A stretch of 42,882 bases of DNA from a virus (IMGVR_UViG_3300033521_000722:1-42882), one strand, 5' to 3'. Shown: positions 1 to 8,340, counted from the stretch's first letter. Translations and numbers: made by a program. The notes: a model not told the origin generated them from the sequence alone.

Positions 1-198
1 CTATTCTTTTGTGCGGTCAAACTGTGCTTTCAGCACGTCAAGCGGAATCTCTTTGAGAAGGATCTCGAGAGCTACAGTGTAAGGCATTTGCTTAGGCATC
101 TCTTTGAGATAAAAGTGTTCGTATGCCATGCGAATCTGATAAAGGTTCACTGAGAAGCCATTCCCTACGCCCTCATGATAAGCTGTTCCGATATTCAT
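1..198 (-). CDS. hypothetical protein (65 aa), leftward transcription unit
   Basis: ATG at 198 preceded on the minus strand by GGGAGGG; complete ORF; no recognisable motif. Confidence 0.6.
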   Translation of the reverse strand: MNIGTAYHEGVGNGFSVNLYQIRMAYEHFYLKEMPKQMPYTVALEILLKEIPLDVLKAQFDRTKE

Positions 199-213
199 TG
201 CAGTCCCTCCCTT

Positions 214-456
214 TTACGATCTCATGAATTTGTTCAGGGCCATGTTGACCAGCCTGTTTCCCGGAATAAGGCCGTTAACCATCCTGGTGATGGAGAACCT
301 CGGATTAGAGGCAATCAACATGGGAAGCAGTCCATTCAGCAAGCCATCCAGGTCAACAGCGTACCTCTGAATGCCACAGTCATCCACCTTCGTCTCTATA
401 ATGTTGTCTCGTATCACGTTGTACAGCTGGTCAAAGTCTTGTCTTGTTGCTTTCAT
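214..456 (-). CDS. hypothetical protein (80 aa)
   Basis: Start moved to ATG 456 (MKATRQDF...) because AAAGGAG lies just upstream on the minus strand; co-oriented with 1..198. Confidence 0.65.
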   Translation of the reverse strand: MKATRQDFDQLYNVIRDNIIETKVDDCGIQRYAVDLDGLLNGLLPMLIASNPRFSITRMVNGLIPGNRLVNMALNKFMRS

Positions 457-890
457 CTTTTTGATCTCCTTTTCTTTTTTGTTTGTGGTCACACTTGAAC
501 GTGCACCATGTACACGCTCAAACCTGACCACAAAGTCAGGTCTATCTGCACTCCACAACCATCAGCCTGAGACCTCTACTATGTAGCTTCGAGGCTGTTT
601 GCCCGGTACTCATCGGCTCTCGCTCATCAGACCGTCACTGTTTGACATTATCTCGCTTCACGGTCTACGCTTTCCCGGATTTCGGCTTGCAAGCTGGTAG
701 GCTCTTCAGGCCAGCTTTAGGTTAGTGCGCCATCTATATTCAAGGTGAGGCCAGTGAAGTCCGTCTCTGGCTGTCCTTTGTGTCACCGTGGAGGAAGGTC
801 AGATTTCTTTGTGCCTTTGATTGAGCCCACTAAGTGGCTTTGGGCACCTTCCTCAGTTTTCAACCGCTGGCAATCTCCAGCGTTACAACA

Positions 891-918
891 ATTATAATCC
901 TCTTTTCAGCAAATGCAA
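891..918 (-). promoter_or_regulatory. candidate sigma70-type leftward promoter
   Basis: Minus strand TTGCAT-N16-TATAAT pointing toward the leftward genes. Confidence 0.5.
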
Positions 919-1089
919 GAGGTAAATCACATTTTCTTTCAACAATCGTAAAGCCTAAATGGTATCAGGTGCTTACAGCTCGTATCAACATAGTATGTCG
1001 ATCAGATCTCGACTTACCAGGACGATTATACCTGATTTGCAGCTGAGCTGCAATCAATATTGATACGCCTGTAGCATGCTACGCACAGC

Positions 1090-1106
1090 TGTAAAGAAAC
1101 TTTACA
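1090..1106. promoter_or_regulatory. palindromic operator-like site, copy 1
   Basis: TGTAAA-GAAAC-TTTACA; two further copies in the same region. Confidence 0.55.
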
Positions 1107-1184
1107 ACATGGCAAGGGTATTGAGCTGTACTGAGTATGGCTGAGCTGTAATGATGATGATGCAGATCACCAGGACTACAGAGC

Positions 1185-1201
1185 TGTAAAGAAAGTTTAC
1201 A
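1185..1201. promoter_or_regulatory. palindromic operator-like site, copy 2
   Basis: TGTAAA-GAAAG-TTTACA. Confidence 0.55.
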
Positions 1202-1630
1202 CTTTACGTCTGAAGAACGCACGTGCCTCGAGAGTATTTCTGTCCAGGCACTCGAGTGAGCAGGACAACAACAATGAATGATCATCGCATCATCATGCAC
1301 TGCATCATCAGGGCTGAGCTGTTAGAAGCCCTGTTAGAAAGCAGGGCTAAGTGCCTGATATGCTTGGGCTCTCAATGACTCTACATAGGTCATGAATGCG
1401 CTCATTCAGGCACGATAGGGGGGGGCTAGGGGGGCACCCCGGCACCCGGCTCCTGGGTGCACGGGCACCCGTGAAAAAATATATACCTTGACACACAACA
1501 TTTTCCAGAATTTTTTTTGCACAAATTTTAGGGCATGCCCGTTGCCGGGGGGTGAGCATGCCCAAGATCTTGATCATCCCTTCCCCCGGCTTTGAGGCCG
1601 GGGATGATATCATCTCATATATAATATATA

Positions 1631-1662
1631 ATATATAAGACCCGAAGGGTCTTCTTATATAT
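1631..1662. other. hairpin/cruciform within an AT-rich tract (possible origin or packaging/promoter signal)
   Basis: AAGACCC-GAA-GGGTCTT (1637-1653), extendable with ATATATAAGA/TCTTATATAT; flanked by TA-rich sequence ~1615-1765. Confidence 0.45.
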
Positions 1663-1892
1663 AATCTAATATATATAACCTAATATTACAAAGACCCTAT
1701 TACTAATACCCTTTCTTTCCCTAAGAAAGAAAGGGAAGATAAATAATATATAATATATAATATAGGGTACAAGAATACTTGCATGAGTACACACCCTTTT
1801 GGAGGGTGTAAAGCATGCACTCTCTTCTCCCTGACAAAAGACCGAAGGGTCTGTACCCACAGAATGGCAAAGCTCCCACCCCAGCCCCAAAG

Positions 1893-1909
1893 TGTAAAAA
1901 AACTTTACA
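1893..1909. promoter_or_regulatory. palindromic operator-like site, copy 3
   Basis: TGTAAA-AAAAC-TTTACA, 6 nt upstream of a perfect TTGACA. Confidence 0.6.
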
Positions 1910-1915
1910 ACCCCC

Positions 1916-1943
1916 TTGACATTTTGCCGGGAGTGATTATCTT
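1916..1943 (+). promoter_or_regulatory. candidate sigma70-type rightward promoter
   Basis: TTGACA-N16-TATCTT, ~55 nt upstream of the first rightward gene. Confidence 0.55.
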
Positions 1944-1997
1944 GTCTTCCAGTGCTGAGCTGTGTTGTCAGCACAAACCAACCTGGAGGGGGAGAGT

Positions 1998-2312
1998 ATG
2001 GCAGCTCTGAAGAATGTGGTGATCGAAAGGGTGAATGGGATGTTCGCAAAGAAAGCTAAGAAACCTTTAGCTGCGATCAGGATGTTTTGCTGTGAATGCA
2101 TGGGAATGAGCAGGACTGTCCCAACCCTGGTAATTCCCCAGGAAGACATCAAGGGCTGTACCGATTTGATGTGTCCGCTGTACGAGTGGAGGTTCGGTAA
2201 AAATGCGTACCCGAGCAAAGCGAAGGCTGAGATGGCCCGTGAACGGTTCCTAAAACACCACAGGACAGCGCAAAAACGGGTCAAGGATCAACGATCTCAC
2301 CTCGATTCATAG
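1998..2312 (+). CDS. small Cys-rich, probably Zn-binding phage protein (104 aa)
   Basis: GGAGGGGGAGAG before ATG 1998; motif AIRMFCCECMG...CTDLMCPLYEWRFGKN. Confidence 0.75.
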   Translation: MAALKNVVIERVNGMFAKKAKKPLAAIRMFCCECMGMSRTVPTLVIPQEDIKGCTDLMCPLYEWRFGKNAYPSKAKAEMARERFLKHHRTAQKRVKDQRSHLDS

Positions 2313-2383
2313 CAGGGTATGGGTTGTTTTTGCTGAGCTGTGACCATTACAGCTCTGAAATCCAATGATTAGAGGGGGTTATC

Positions 2384-2677
2384 ATGGTTAGATTTTGGAT
2401 GTGGTTAATGAGTGTCGTTTTAGGTGCGATTTCTGTGTACGGATTGTACCAAATCGTACAAGCAATTGTAGGGAATGCCGACATTATTGTACCATGCCCG
2501 GCTCCAGACGTGGTGACGAAGTCCCACGAGGTCTTGGCATCGAACAAGAGTGCGGGGATGGTGTTCGTTGTAGCAGGTGACACGATGCTTCAGAAGGTGG
2601 TCGATGGAGCCATGACCACGATTGGCAGCACAGTGGCTCTAATCTTGATGGGAAGGTGGAAACATGGGAAACAGTAA
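2384..2677 (+). CDS. small membrane protein (97 aa), holin-like size
   Basis: AGAGGGGG RBS; hydrophobic N-terminal and C-terminal segments and a basic tail; no endolysin seen nearby. Confidence 0.6.
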   Translation: MVRFWMWLMSVVLGAISVYGLYQIVQAIVGNADIIVPCPAPDVVTKSHEVLASNKSAGMVFVVAGDTMLQKVVDGAMTTIGSTVALILMGRWKHGKQ

Positions 2678-3002
2678 CGAAAACCACAACTTGTGTCAGA
2701 GCTGTAACAAGAGAGACCTGTGTAAGGTGCTGTGTCCAGAGGCAGAGCTGTTCGTAAACCAGGACGAAAGGGATTGGGGGGAGACTCCGACCACGTATAT
2801 TGACCCGGACAACCAGGAATTACGGGTGTTTGACCCAGTGAAAAACACTGATATTTCCTTCCTTACAGCTCGGGAAAAGGGCATTCTGGACGGTATTTCC
2901 GAGGGTAAATCGAGGGCTCAGATAGCCAAAAACCTTGGTATTTCAATGAGTACACTGCGTAGCCACATCCAAAATATGCGTGAAAAAGCGTCTAGGCTGT
3001 GA
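2664..3002 (+). CDS. LuxR/GerE-type HTH transcriptional regulator with N-terminal Cys cluster (candidate late-gene regulator)
   Basis: LTAREKGILDGISEGKSRAQIAKNLGISMSTLRSHIQNMREK fits the LuxR C-terminal HTH pattern; N-terminal CxxC-x5-CxxxC. Confidence 0.8.
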   Translation: MGNSNENHNLCQSCNKRDLCKVLCPEAELFVNQDERDWGETPTTYIDPDNQELRVFDPVKNTDISFLTAREKGILDGISEGKSRAQIAKNLGISMSTLRSHIQNMREKASRL

Positions 3003-3013
3003 CCATAAGTAGA

Positions 3014-3092
3014 GGGGTGTGCTGTCTCACGGGAAAATATGAAAAACGGGTGAGACCTCCCGACAGCAATGACAGCCACCCCGCTCCTTTTT
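3014..3092 (+). promoter_or_regulatory. structured intergenic element (terminator or attenuator-like)
   Basis: GGGGTG/CACCCC, GCTGTC/GACAGC (two partner copies) and GTCTCAC/GTGAGAC pairings, followed by TTTTT. Confidence 0.4.
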
Positions 3093-3123
3093 CAACACTT
3101 ACAGCTCTGAGGATTTATGCCTG

Positions 3124-3201
3124 ATGTCTCTGGACTTGAAATTGTACATTGCCCTGCTGATTTCATTGCTTGTCTGTTTGATCTCGGAGAACCTGAAATG
3201 A
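3124..3201 (+). CDS. tiny single-TM peptide (25 aa)
   Basis: MSLDLKLYIALLISLLVCLISENLK; GAGGA upstream; stop overlaps the next start (ATGA). Confidence 0.4.
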   Translation: MSLDLKLYIALLISLLVCLISENLK

Positions 3202-3296
3202 AAGACGCTTACTTTTGGGGAGTGCTCGCATTCCTGTTTGTTTGCATGGCAATCTTTGCTGGGCTGAGCTGTATCGTTTACATGCTCTTGTCCTAA
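3198..3296 (+). CDS. tiny single-TM peptide (32 aa)
   Basis: MKDAYFWGVLAFLFVCMAIFAGLSCIVYMLLS; GGAGA 7 nt upstream of ATG. Confidence 0.5.
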   Translation: MKDAYFWGVLAFLFVCMAIFAGLSCIVYMLLS

Positions 3297-3317
3297 CACA
3301 CACAAGGAGATTTAGAA

Positions 3318-3665
3318 ATGGGTGAACAAGCTGTCACGATCACACAGATAGACACTGGTGCGCTGTACGTTTCTTGGGCAGCGATGGGAACTGGAGACAC
3401 GGGTGCTGCTTTTCATGTCCCAGCTGGGGCAAAGGGCATAGCTGTCCAGTGTAGGTCAGCTTCATGGGCTGGTACCTGCACCTGGCAAGCGTCCCTGGAC
3501 GGATCGAATTGGGGAACGCTGGTTGACTATGCCGGGACGGGGATCACGTTCACGGCTGACGGGGTGAAGTTCTCCCCCGTGGTCCCGATGTGGCTGAGGC
3601 CCAGTATGTCCTCGAATGCGATCACGCTGTACTGCTATGCGTATGTCACGAACTATGGTGCGTAA
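3318..3665 (+). CDS. small beta-rich putative virion protein (115 aa)
   Basis: AAGGAG RBS; WQASLDGSNW...ITFTADG...WLRP pattern typical of small phage jelly-roll structural proteins. Confidence 0.7.
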   Translation: MGEQAVTITQIDTGALYVSWAAMGTGDTGAAFHVPAGAKGIAVQCRSASWAGTCTWQASLDGSNWGTLVDYAGTGITFTADGVKFSPVVPMWLRPSMSSNAITLYCYAYVTNYGA

Positions 3666-3778
3666 CCCGAGCCTTTGCTCGGCCTCGTATTGGCTTGGAG
3701 GGAAACCTGACAACCGTCATTCTGTCTTAACTTTTTCATGCAGGTGCTTGACGGTCAACCTGCGAAGGAGATTTAACG

Positions 3779-4492
3779 ATGGCAAGTTTGAATGATTGGA
3801 CGAAGAAATTTGGTCACAGTGTGCTTCAGAATCTGGTGAGCTATCTGCTTACCCACAACACCGCAACCCAAAGCTTTACCGTTGATTCCAATGCCAATGA
3901 TGTTGAGACCGACAATGCTGGTCTCGTGTTCATCAGTGGCATCCCGTATGTCACCGCTGCCGACACAGCATATGACATCAGTGGGGAATCACCCTATGCG
4001 GATTGGGCTGTGTCAACCTCTTACACCACGATGGGAACTGCGTCTGAGGTGACCGTGGACGGTAGGCACTTTGCTTGTATCTCCGCTCACACCTCTTCCT
4101 CTACCTCGAGTGGGTCTGCCAGTGACAAACCACTGTACGGCTCCAACTGGAGAACGTACTGGAGAGAGCTTGACTTTTGGGCTGAGAAGGCGGTTGGTGA
4201 CACGCTCACCAGCGGTGAGGTTGCTTACTACCTCGCTTGCTGCCTCTACGATGGGACGCTTCGGCTTTTCAAAGCGTACCAGTACGGTGGAGTGTTTGGC
4301 ACTGCTCATGCGTCTGCCACGGTGTGTATCCCTGCGTATGATGCTACCCGGTACTGCCCGGTTGGTCTTCTGAAGATCACCTCGGCTGGTGGTGGGTTTA
4401 TTGTTGGGACCACATCTACCGCTGGAGTATCTGTGTTCTCCGACATCATCGGCCCGGTCCTTCCCGATCCGATCTGCTTGGACAAAAACTAA
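3779..4492 (+). CDS. putative virion decoration protein with CBM5/12-like insert, paralog A
   Basis: AAGGAG RBS; W-x4-Y...DGRHFACISAHTS...W motif; alignable end to end with 4522..5214. Confidence 0.7.
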   Translation: MASLNDWTKKFGHSVLQNLVSYLLTHNTATQSFTVDSNANDVETDNAGLVFISGIPYVTAADTAYDISGESPYADWAVSTSYTTMGTASEVTVDGRHFACISAHTSSSTSSGSASDKPLYGSNWRTYWRELDFWAEKAVGDTLTSGEVAYYLACCLYDGTLRLFKAYQYGGVFGTAHASATVCIPAYDATRYCPVGLLKITSAGGGFIVGTTSTAGVSVFSDIIGPVLPDPICLDKN

Positions 4493-4521
4493 GGGCTAAT
4501 GGGTGAAAGGAGAAAATAACC

Positions 4522-5214
4522 ATGGCAAGTGTAAACAATTGGGAGAAGTTGTTCAGTTATAGATCGATGCAGAACCTGATGAGCTACCTGCTCACGCAGA
4601 ACTGTGCGTCTCAGGTTATTGCTGCTGATGTTGCTACCAACGACATTCAGAGCACTGGGACCAAGAGTGCGATCATCAACGGTATTCCGTATGTCCTCGC
4701 AGTTGACGATGCGTTTGATATCAGCGCAGAGGCTGCTTACAGCTTGTGGGCTACTGGTCAATCGTACACGACCAACTCGGAAGTGTACCATGTTGACCCT
4801 GATGGTGAAACTCGGCACTATGTCTGCATCCTGGCGCATACCTCGGCTGCTGCTGACGAGATCGAGGTTGGTGCGAACTGGGAAACGTACTGGAGATTGC
4901 TGCCTGTGTGGGCTACCACGGGAGATCTTGACAGCGTTGCTGATGGAGCTACCAAGTACTACCTTGTGTGTGCCCTGTCTGATGGTACGCTGAGAATCTT
5001 CAAAGCGTACAATGCTACCACGTTGGCTGTTGAAATCCCGGCATATGACCCCACTCGGTACGTTGCTGTTGCGCTTCTGAAGTATGCTAACAGCACGGGT
5101 GACACAGCTGCTGACGTGATTGGTGCAGCTACCTGTGATTGGGGCACTTATGGATCTTTTTACCAGCTTACGGGCTTTGTTATTCCTGACGTATCGCTGC
5201 TTGACAAGAACTAA
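4522..5214 (+). CDS. putative virion decoration protein with CBM5/12-like insert, paralog B
   Basis: AAGGAG RBS; WATGQSY...HYVCILAHTS...NWETYW; shares SYLLT, DGTLRxFKAY and LDKN with paralog A. Confidence 0.7.
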   Translation: MASVNNWEKLFSYRSMQNLMSYLLTQNCASQVIAADVATNDIQSTGTKSAIINGIPYVLAVDDAFDISAEAAYSLWATGQSYTTNSEVYHVDPDGETRHYVCILAHTSAAADEIEVGANWETYWRLLPVWATTGDLDSVADGATKYYLVCALSDGTLRIFKAYNATTLAVEIPAYDPTRYVAVALLKYANSTGDTAADVIGAATCDWGTYGSFYQLTGFVIPDVSLLDKN

Positions 5215-5229
5215 CAGGGAGGATTTGAC

Positions 5230-8200
5230 ATGGCAGATATGGAAACCTATTTGAGTCACCTCCCTTCAGCCATTGCCGACCCGCTGCGGAAATTGTTCCG
5301 CAGCGGAGCAACACTGGAGATCAGTGTTACTGGTACGGCAGCGGGAGGCACGGCAGCTACGGCTGCTGTTGCAACCACGGTGACCGTTGCAGACACTGCC
5401 TCGACTACGGCAAAGGTCTTGCTCGCTGAGGGCTCCACCGGGAACCTCGGTGTGAAGACGGATGCTGGGATCAGCTACAATGCCAACACGGGTGTGCTGA
5501 CCGCAACCGGGTTTTCTGGACCACTCACTGGTAATGTTACTGGTGATTGTTCTGGCAGCGCAGCTACGGCATCAAGTGCGTCAACTGCGTCTACAGCGAG
5601 TGTTGCTAGTACCATTGCAGTTGCGGACACAACGGACACCTCCTGTGTTGTCCTCCTTGCTGAGGATGCGACAGGAAATGTGGCAGCTAAGAGTGATGCT
5701 GGTCTGACATATAACGCCAGCACTGGTGTTCTTACAGCCACTGGTTTTTCTGGACCGCTGTCTGGAGCTGTAACCGGGAACGTAACCGGGGACTGTTCTG
5801 GAAATGCTGGGACCGCAACGTCTGCTACGAGTGCTGGAACAGCAGCTGTAGCGACAACGGTTACAGTAGCGGATACTACTGACACGAGCTGCTCAGTTAT
5901 TCTTGCTGAGGACTCAACTGGAAACGTTGGCATGAAGAGTGATGCAGGTATCACTTACAATGCTGGCACTGGAGTACTGACTGCGACAGGCTTTGCTGGA
6001 CCATTGACAGGGAATGTCACTGGGAAAGCGTCAGCTATCAATGAGGGCACAGTAGTTACAGCTGTGGCAGCTGCTGGTGTTATCACACCTCCTGCCAACC
6101 TCACTGAGGGTCACACTGTAGTCATAACCAATGGTGTTCTTACGGACACCTATGAGATCGTGTGTGATGGTGGTGGTGTTACCACTCCGGGGAACATAGA
6201 GCTGGATACGAAAGCCACCGCAGCTGCTGCTGCGGGTAGCGTAACTCCTCCTGCGAACCCGGTCAAAGGTGACACGTTCACTGTTGATGACGGGACCAAT
6301 GATGACACTTACGAGATCATCCCTGATGGCACAGCTCCGTCTGCTGGGAACATTGCTGTGGACACTTCTGGCTCAGCTGTTGCTGCGAGCAAGAACCTCA
6401 CAGTAGATGGTGTTGTTGTAGATGGTGAGACCGTCACTATCAATGGTGAAGTTTTTGAGGTTGATACTGACAGCTCAGTAACGGGTGGCAATACCGCTGT
6501 GGATGTGTCTGGTGGTTCAGCAGTGGCAGCTCAGGGTACATTGACTATTTCCGACAGCAGCACTGATGATGTTATAGACGGGGAGACTGTGACCCTTGGG
6601 TCTGGTGGTGCTGAGGAAGTGTACGAGTTTGATTGGGACAACTCTATAACTGGTGGGAACATCAAGGTTGATATCTCTGGCAAAGCGAGTATCGCAAAGG
6701 CCAAGGGTACATTGACTGTTTCCGCTGAACCTGTTCACGATGACACGTTTGATGTGGACAGTGACACTTATACTTTTACATTTGATGCAACGGAAACGGG
6801 TTCTGGATGGATAGAGCTGCATTCATGTGCCACTGCAACCCAGGCATATGCAGACTACCAGCTCATTGGGCTCCCCGCTGACGGTGACACAATCACCATC
6901 AACGGAAGGGATTATGAGTTTGACCCGAGCAATGATGGGATCGCTGGTGACGTTGAGTTTGACACGAATGGTGTCTCAACGGTTGACGGTGTACTCACGG
7001 TTATGGAAACGGCAATCAACGGTGATGGTTCTGCCGTTGTTACAGCTGCGAAAGACCTTGTGAACAACAAGATCCGTGTTACCTCAAAGCTGTACGGTAC
7101 GATTGGGAACTATGCTGTTTCTGACAGCTGTGCGAATGGTCAATGGACTCCAGAGACTGTTAGTGGTGGAAACATTACCACAGGTGTGGCTCCAACGACT
7201 GAGGAGATTGTTGACCAGATCGTGTCTGATTTTGATGGTACGACATGCACCTGTACGAAGAAGGATGCGGACCAAGTGTACTTTGAGTACGATGCTTATG
7301 GTACCGCTGGGAACGCAATTGTATTCACAGAGACTGCAACGGGTATCGGGGTGGACGGTGCTGGAACATTGGGCACAACTACGGCTGGTGCGGACTGCTC
7401 AAAAGAGGATGCAGCCACGGCACTCACAGCCAAGATAAACACGACTACAGCCAACCCCATTTCTGCAACGGACAACCTGGACGGGACCATGACAGTGGAG
7501 TACGATGTTCCCGGTGTACTCGGTGATTCTTTTGTTGCCACTGAGACGATGTCCAATGGTGCGTGGGATGGTGGTGGTACTCTTGGTGGGACTCAGGCAG
7601 GTGTGGATGCTACGAAGAGCGATTTCAAAACTGCGTTCCTTCTCATGACACCAACCGGGGTTACCCTCAGTGACGGTGGTGGGGATGTTATCACAGCGAC
7701 TGCGTCAACTGCTGGCACGGCTGGGAACAACATTTCGATTGCCGAGGCCATGGCGAATGGTGCTTGGGCTGGTGCTGCAACAAAGTTGTCTGGTGGCATT
7801 GATGCTACTCGGGCTGATGCTTGTGCTGCGATTGCGACAGCGTCAGCAGCTGGGACTGCCGATGTGGTGCTGGCAGATAATGCCGGGGCAAGTGTCACAG
7901 TAACCGCAGGTACGAAGGGTGTCATTGGCAATTCGTACACGCTGGCTGTTTCGGATGCAGTAAACTGGGCGAAGGTTGATCCATCAGGTGGACACGCTGG
8001 TACTTGTGCAGAAGCGTGTAGCACGTTGGAGACCGCAATAAATGGGTCTGGTACGCTGGCTATTACAGCGACTGACCACGGCAGCACTCACGTTGATATT
8101 GCGTCAGACGTGAAGGGTGTGATTGGAAACAGTATTGACACAACGGTGGCTACTGGTTGGACCAGGACTGATCTGACAGGTGGGGTTGATGGCACGGTTG

Positions 8201-8301
8201 GTACCAAGGGAGATATCCTACAGGATGCCAACTTTATTTACATCTGTACAGCCAACAACACGACTGCGGATAACAACTGGAAGAAGGTTGCCATTGCGTA
8301 A
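5230..8301 (+). CDS. long fibre/appendage protein (1023 aa) with tandem N-terminal repeats and nested domains
   Basis: G/T/A/D-rich; three copies of VADT..LAE..TGN..K(T/S)DAG..YNA.TGVLTATGF.GPL; C-terminal GDILQDANFIYIC...NWKKVA motif typical of phage fibres. Confidence 0.75.
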   Translation: MADMETYLSHLPSAIADPLRKLFRSGATLEISVTGTAAGGTAATAAVATTVTVADTASTTAKVLLAEGSTGNLGVKTDAGISYNANTGVLTATGFSGPLTGNVTGDCSGSAATASSASTASTASVASTIAVADTTDTSCVVLLAEDATGNVAAKSDAGLTYNASTGVLTATGFSGPLSGAVTGNVTGDCSGNAGTATSATSAGTAAVATTVTVADTTDTSCSVILAEDSTGNVGMKSDAGITYNAGTGVLTATGFAGPLTGNVTGKASAINEGTVVTAVAAAGVITPPANLTEGHTVVITNGVLTDTYEIVCDGGGVTTPGNIELDTKATAAAAAGSVTPPANPVKGDTFTVDDGTNDDTYEIIPDGTAPSAGNIAVDTSGSAVAASKNLTVDGVVVDGETVTINGEVFEVDTDSSVTGGNTAVDVSGGSAVAAQGTLTISDSSTDDVIDGETVTLGSGGAEEVYEFDWDNSITGGNIKVDISGKASIAKAKGTLTVSAEPVHDDTFDVDSDTYTFTFDATETGSGWIELHSCATATQAYADYQLIGLPADGDTITINGRDYEFDPSNDGIAGDVEFDTNGVSTVDGVLTVMETAINGDGSAVVTAAKDLVNNKIRVTSKLYGTIGNYAVSDSCANGQWTPETVSGGNITTGVAPTTEEIVDQIVSDFDGTTCTCTKKDADQVYFEYDAYGTAGNAIVFTETATGIGVDGAGTLGTTTAGADCSKEDAATALTAKINTTTANPISATDNLDGTMTVEYDVPGVLGDSFVATETMSNGAWDGGGTLGGTQAGVDATKSDFKTAFLLMTPTGVTLSDGGGDVITATASTAGTAGNNISIAEAMANGAWAGAATKLSGGIDATRADACAAIATASAAGTADVVLADNAGASVTVTAGTKGVIGNSYTLAVSDAVNWAKVDPSGGHAGTCAEACSTLETAINGSGTLAITATDHGSTHVDIASDVKGVIGNSIDTTVATGWTRTDLTGGVDGTVGTKGDILQDANFIYICTANNTTADNNWKKVAIA

Positions 8302-8309
8302 CACTTAGC

Positions 8310-8340
8310 AGGTGAGGGGCTTCGGTCCCTCACCTTTTTT
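8310..8340 (+). terminator. Rho-independent terminator
   Basis: AGGTGAGGGGC-TTCG-GTCCCTCACCT followed by a T-run, directly after the 8301 stop. Confidence 0.9.

Noticed and set aside
1488-1515. TTGACA as a further promoter
   Set aside because: No acceptable -10 hexamer at 16-18 nt spacing.
1090-1909. TyrR boxes
   Set aside because: TyrR consensus is TGTAAA-N6-TTTACA; all three sites here have a 5-nt spacer.
1347-2049. Minus- and plus-strand ORFs in the control region
   Set aside because: They cross low-complexity G-runs and AT tracts, lack convincing RBSs and give implausible proteins.
2284-2298. 15-mer AGGATCAACGATCTC repeated at 38075-38089 (possible att site)
   Set aside because: About one 15-mer match is expected by chance in 43 kb; both copies are inside genes and no integrase is seen.
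3779-5214. Paralog pair as a diversity-generating retroelement TR/VR
   Set aside because: Differences are spread over all bases and include indels; no reverse transcriptase is visible in the window.
4489-5259. Long minus-strand ORFs (also 16105..16773, 20430..21086, 22897..23490, 39376..39996)
   Set aside because: Antisense shadows of well-supported plus-strand genes, with no recognisable motifs.
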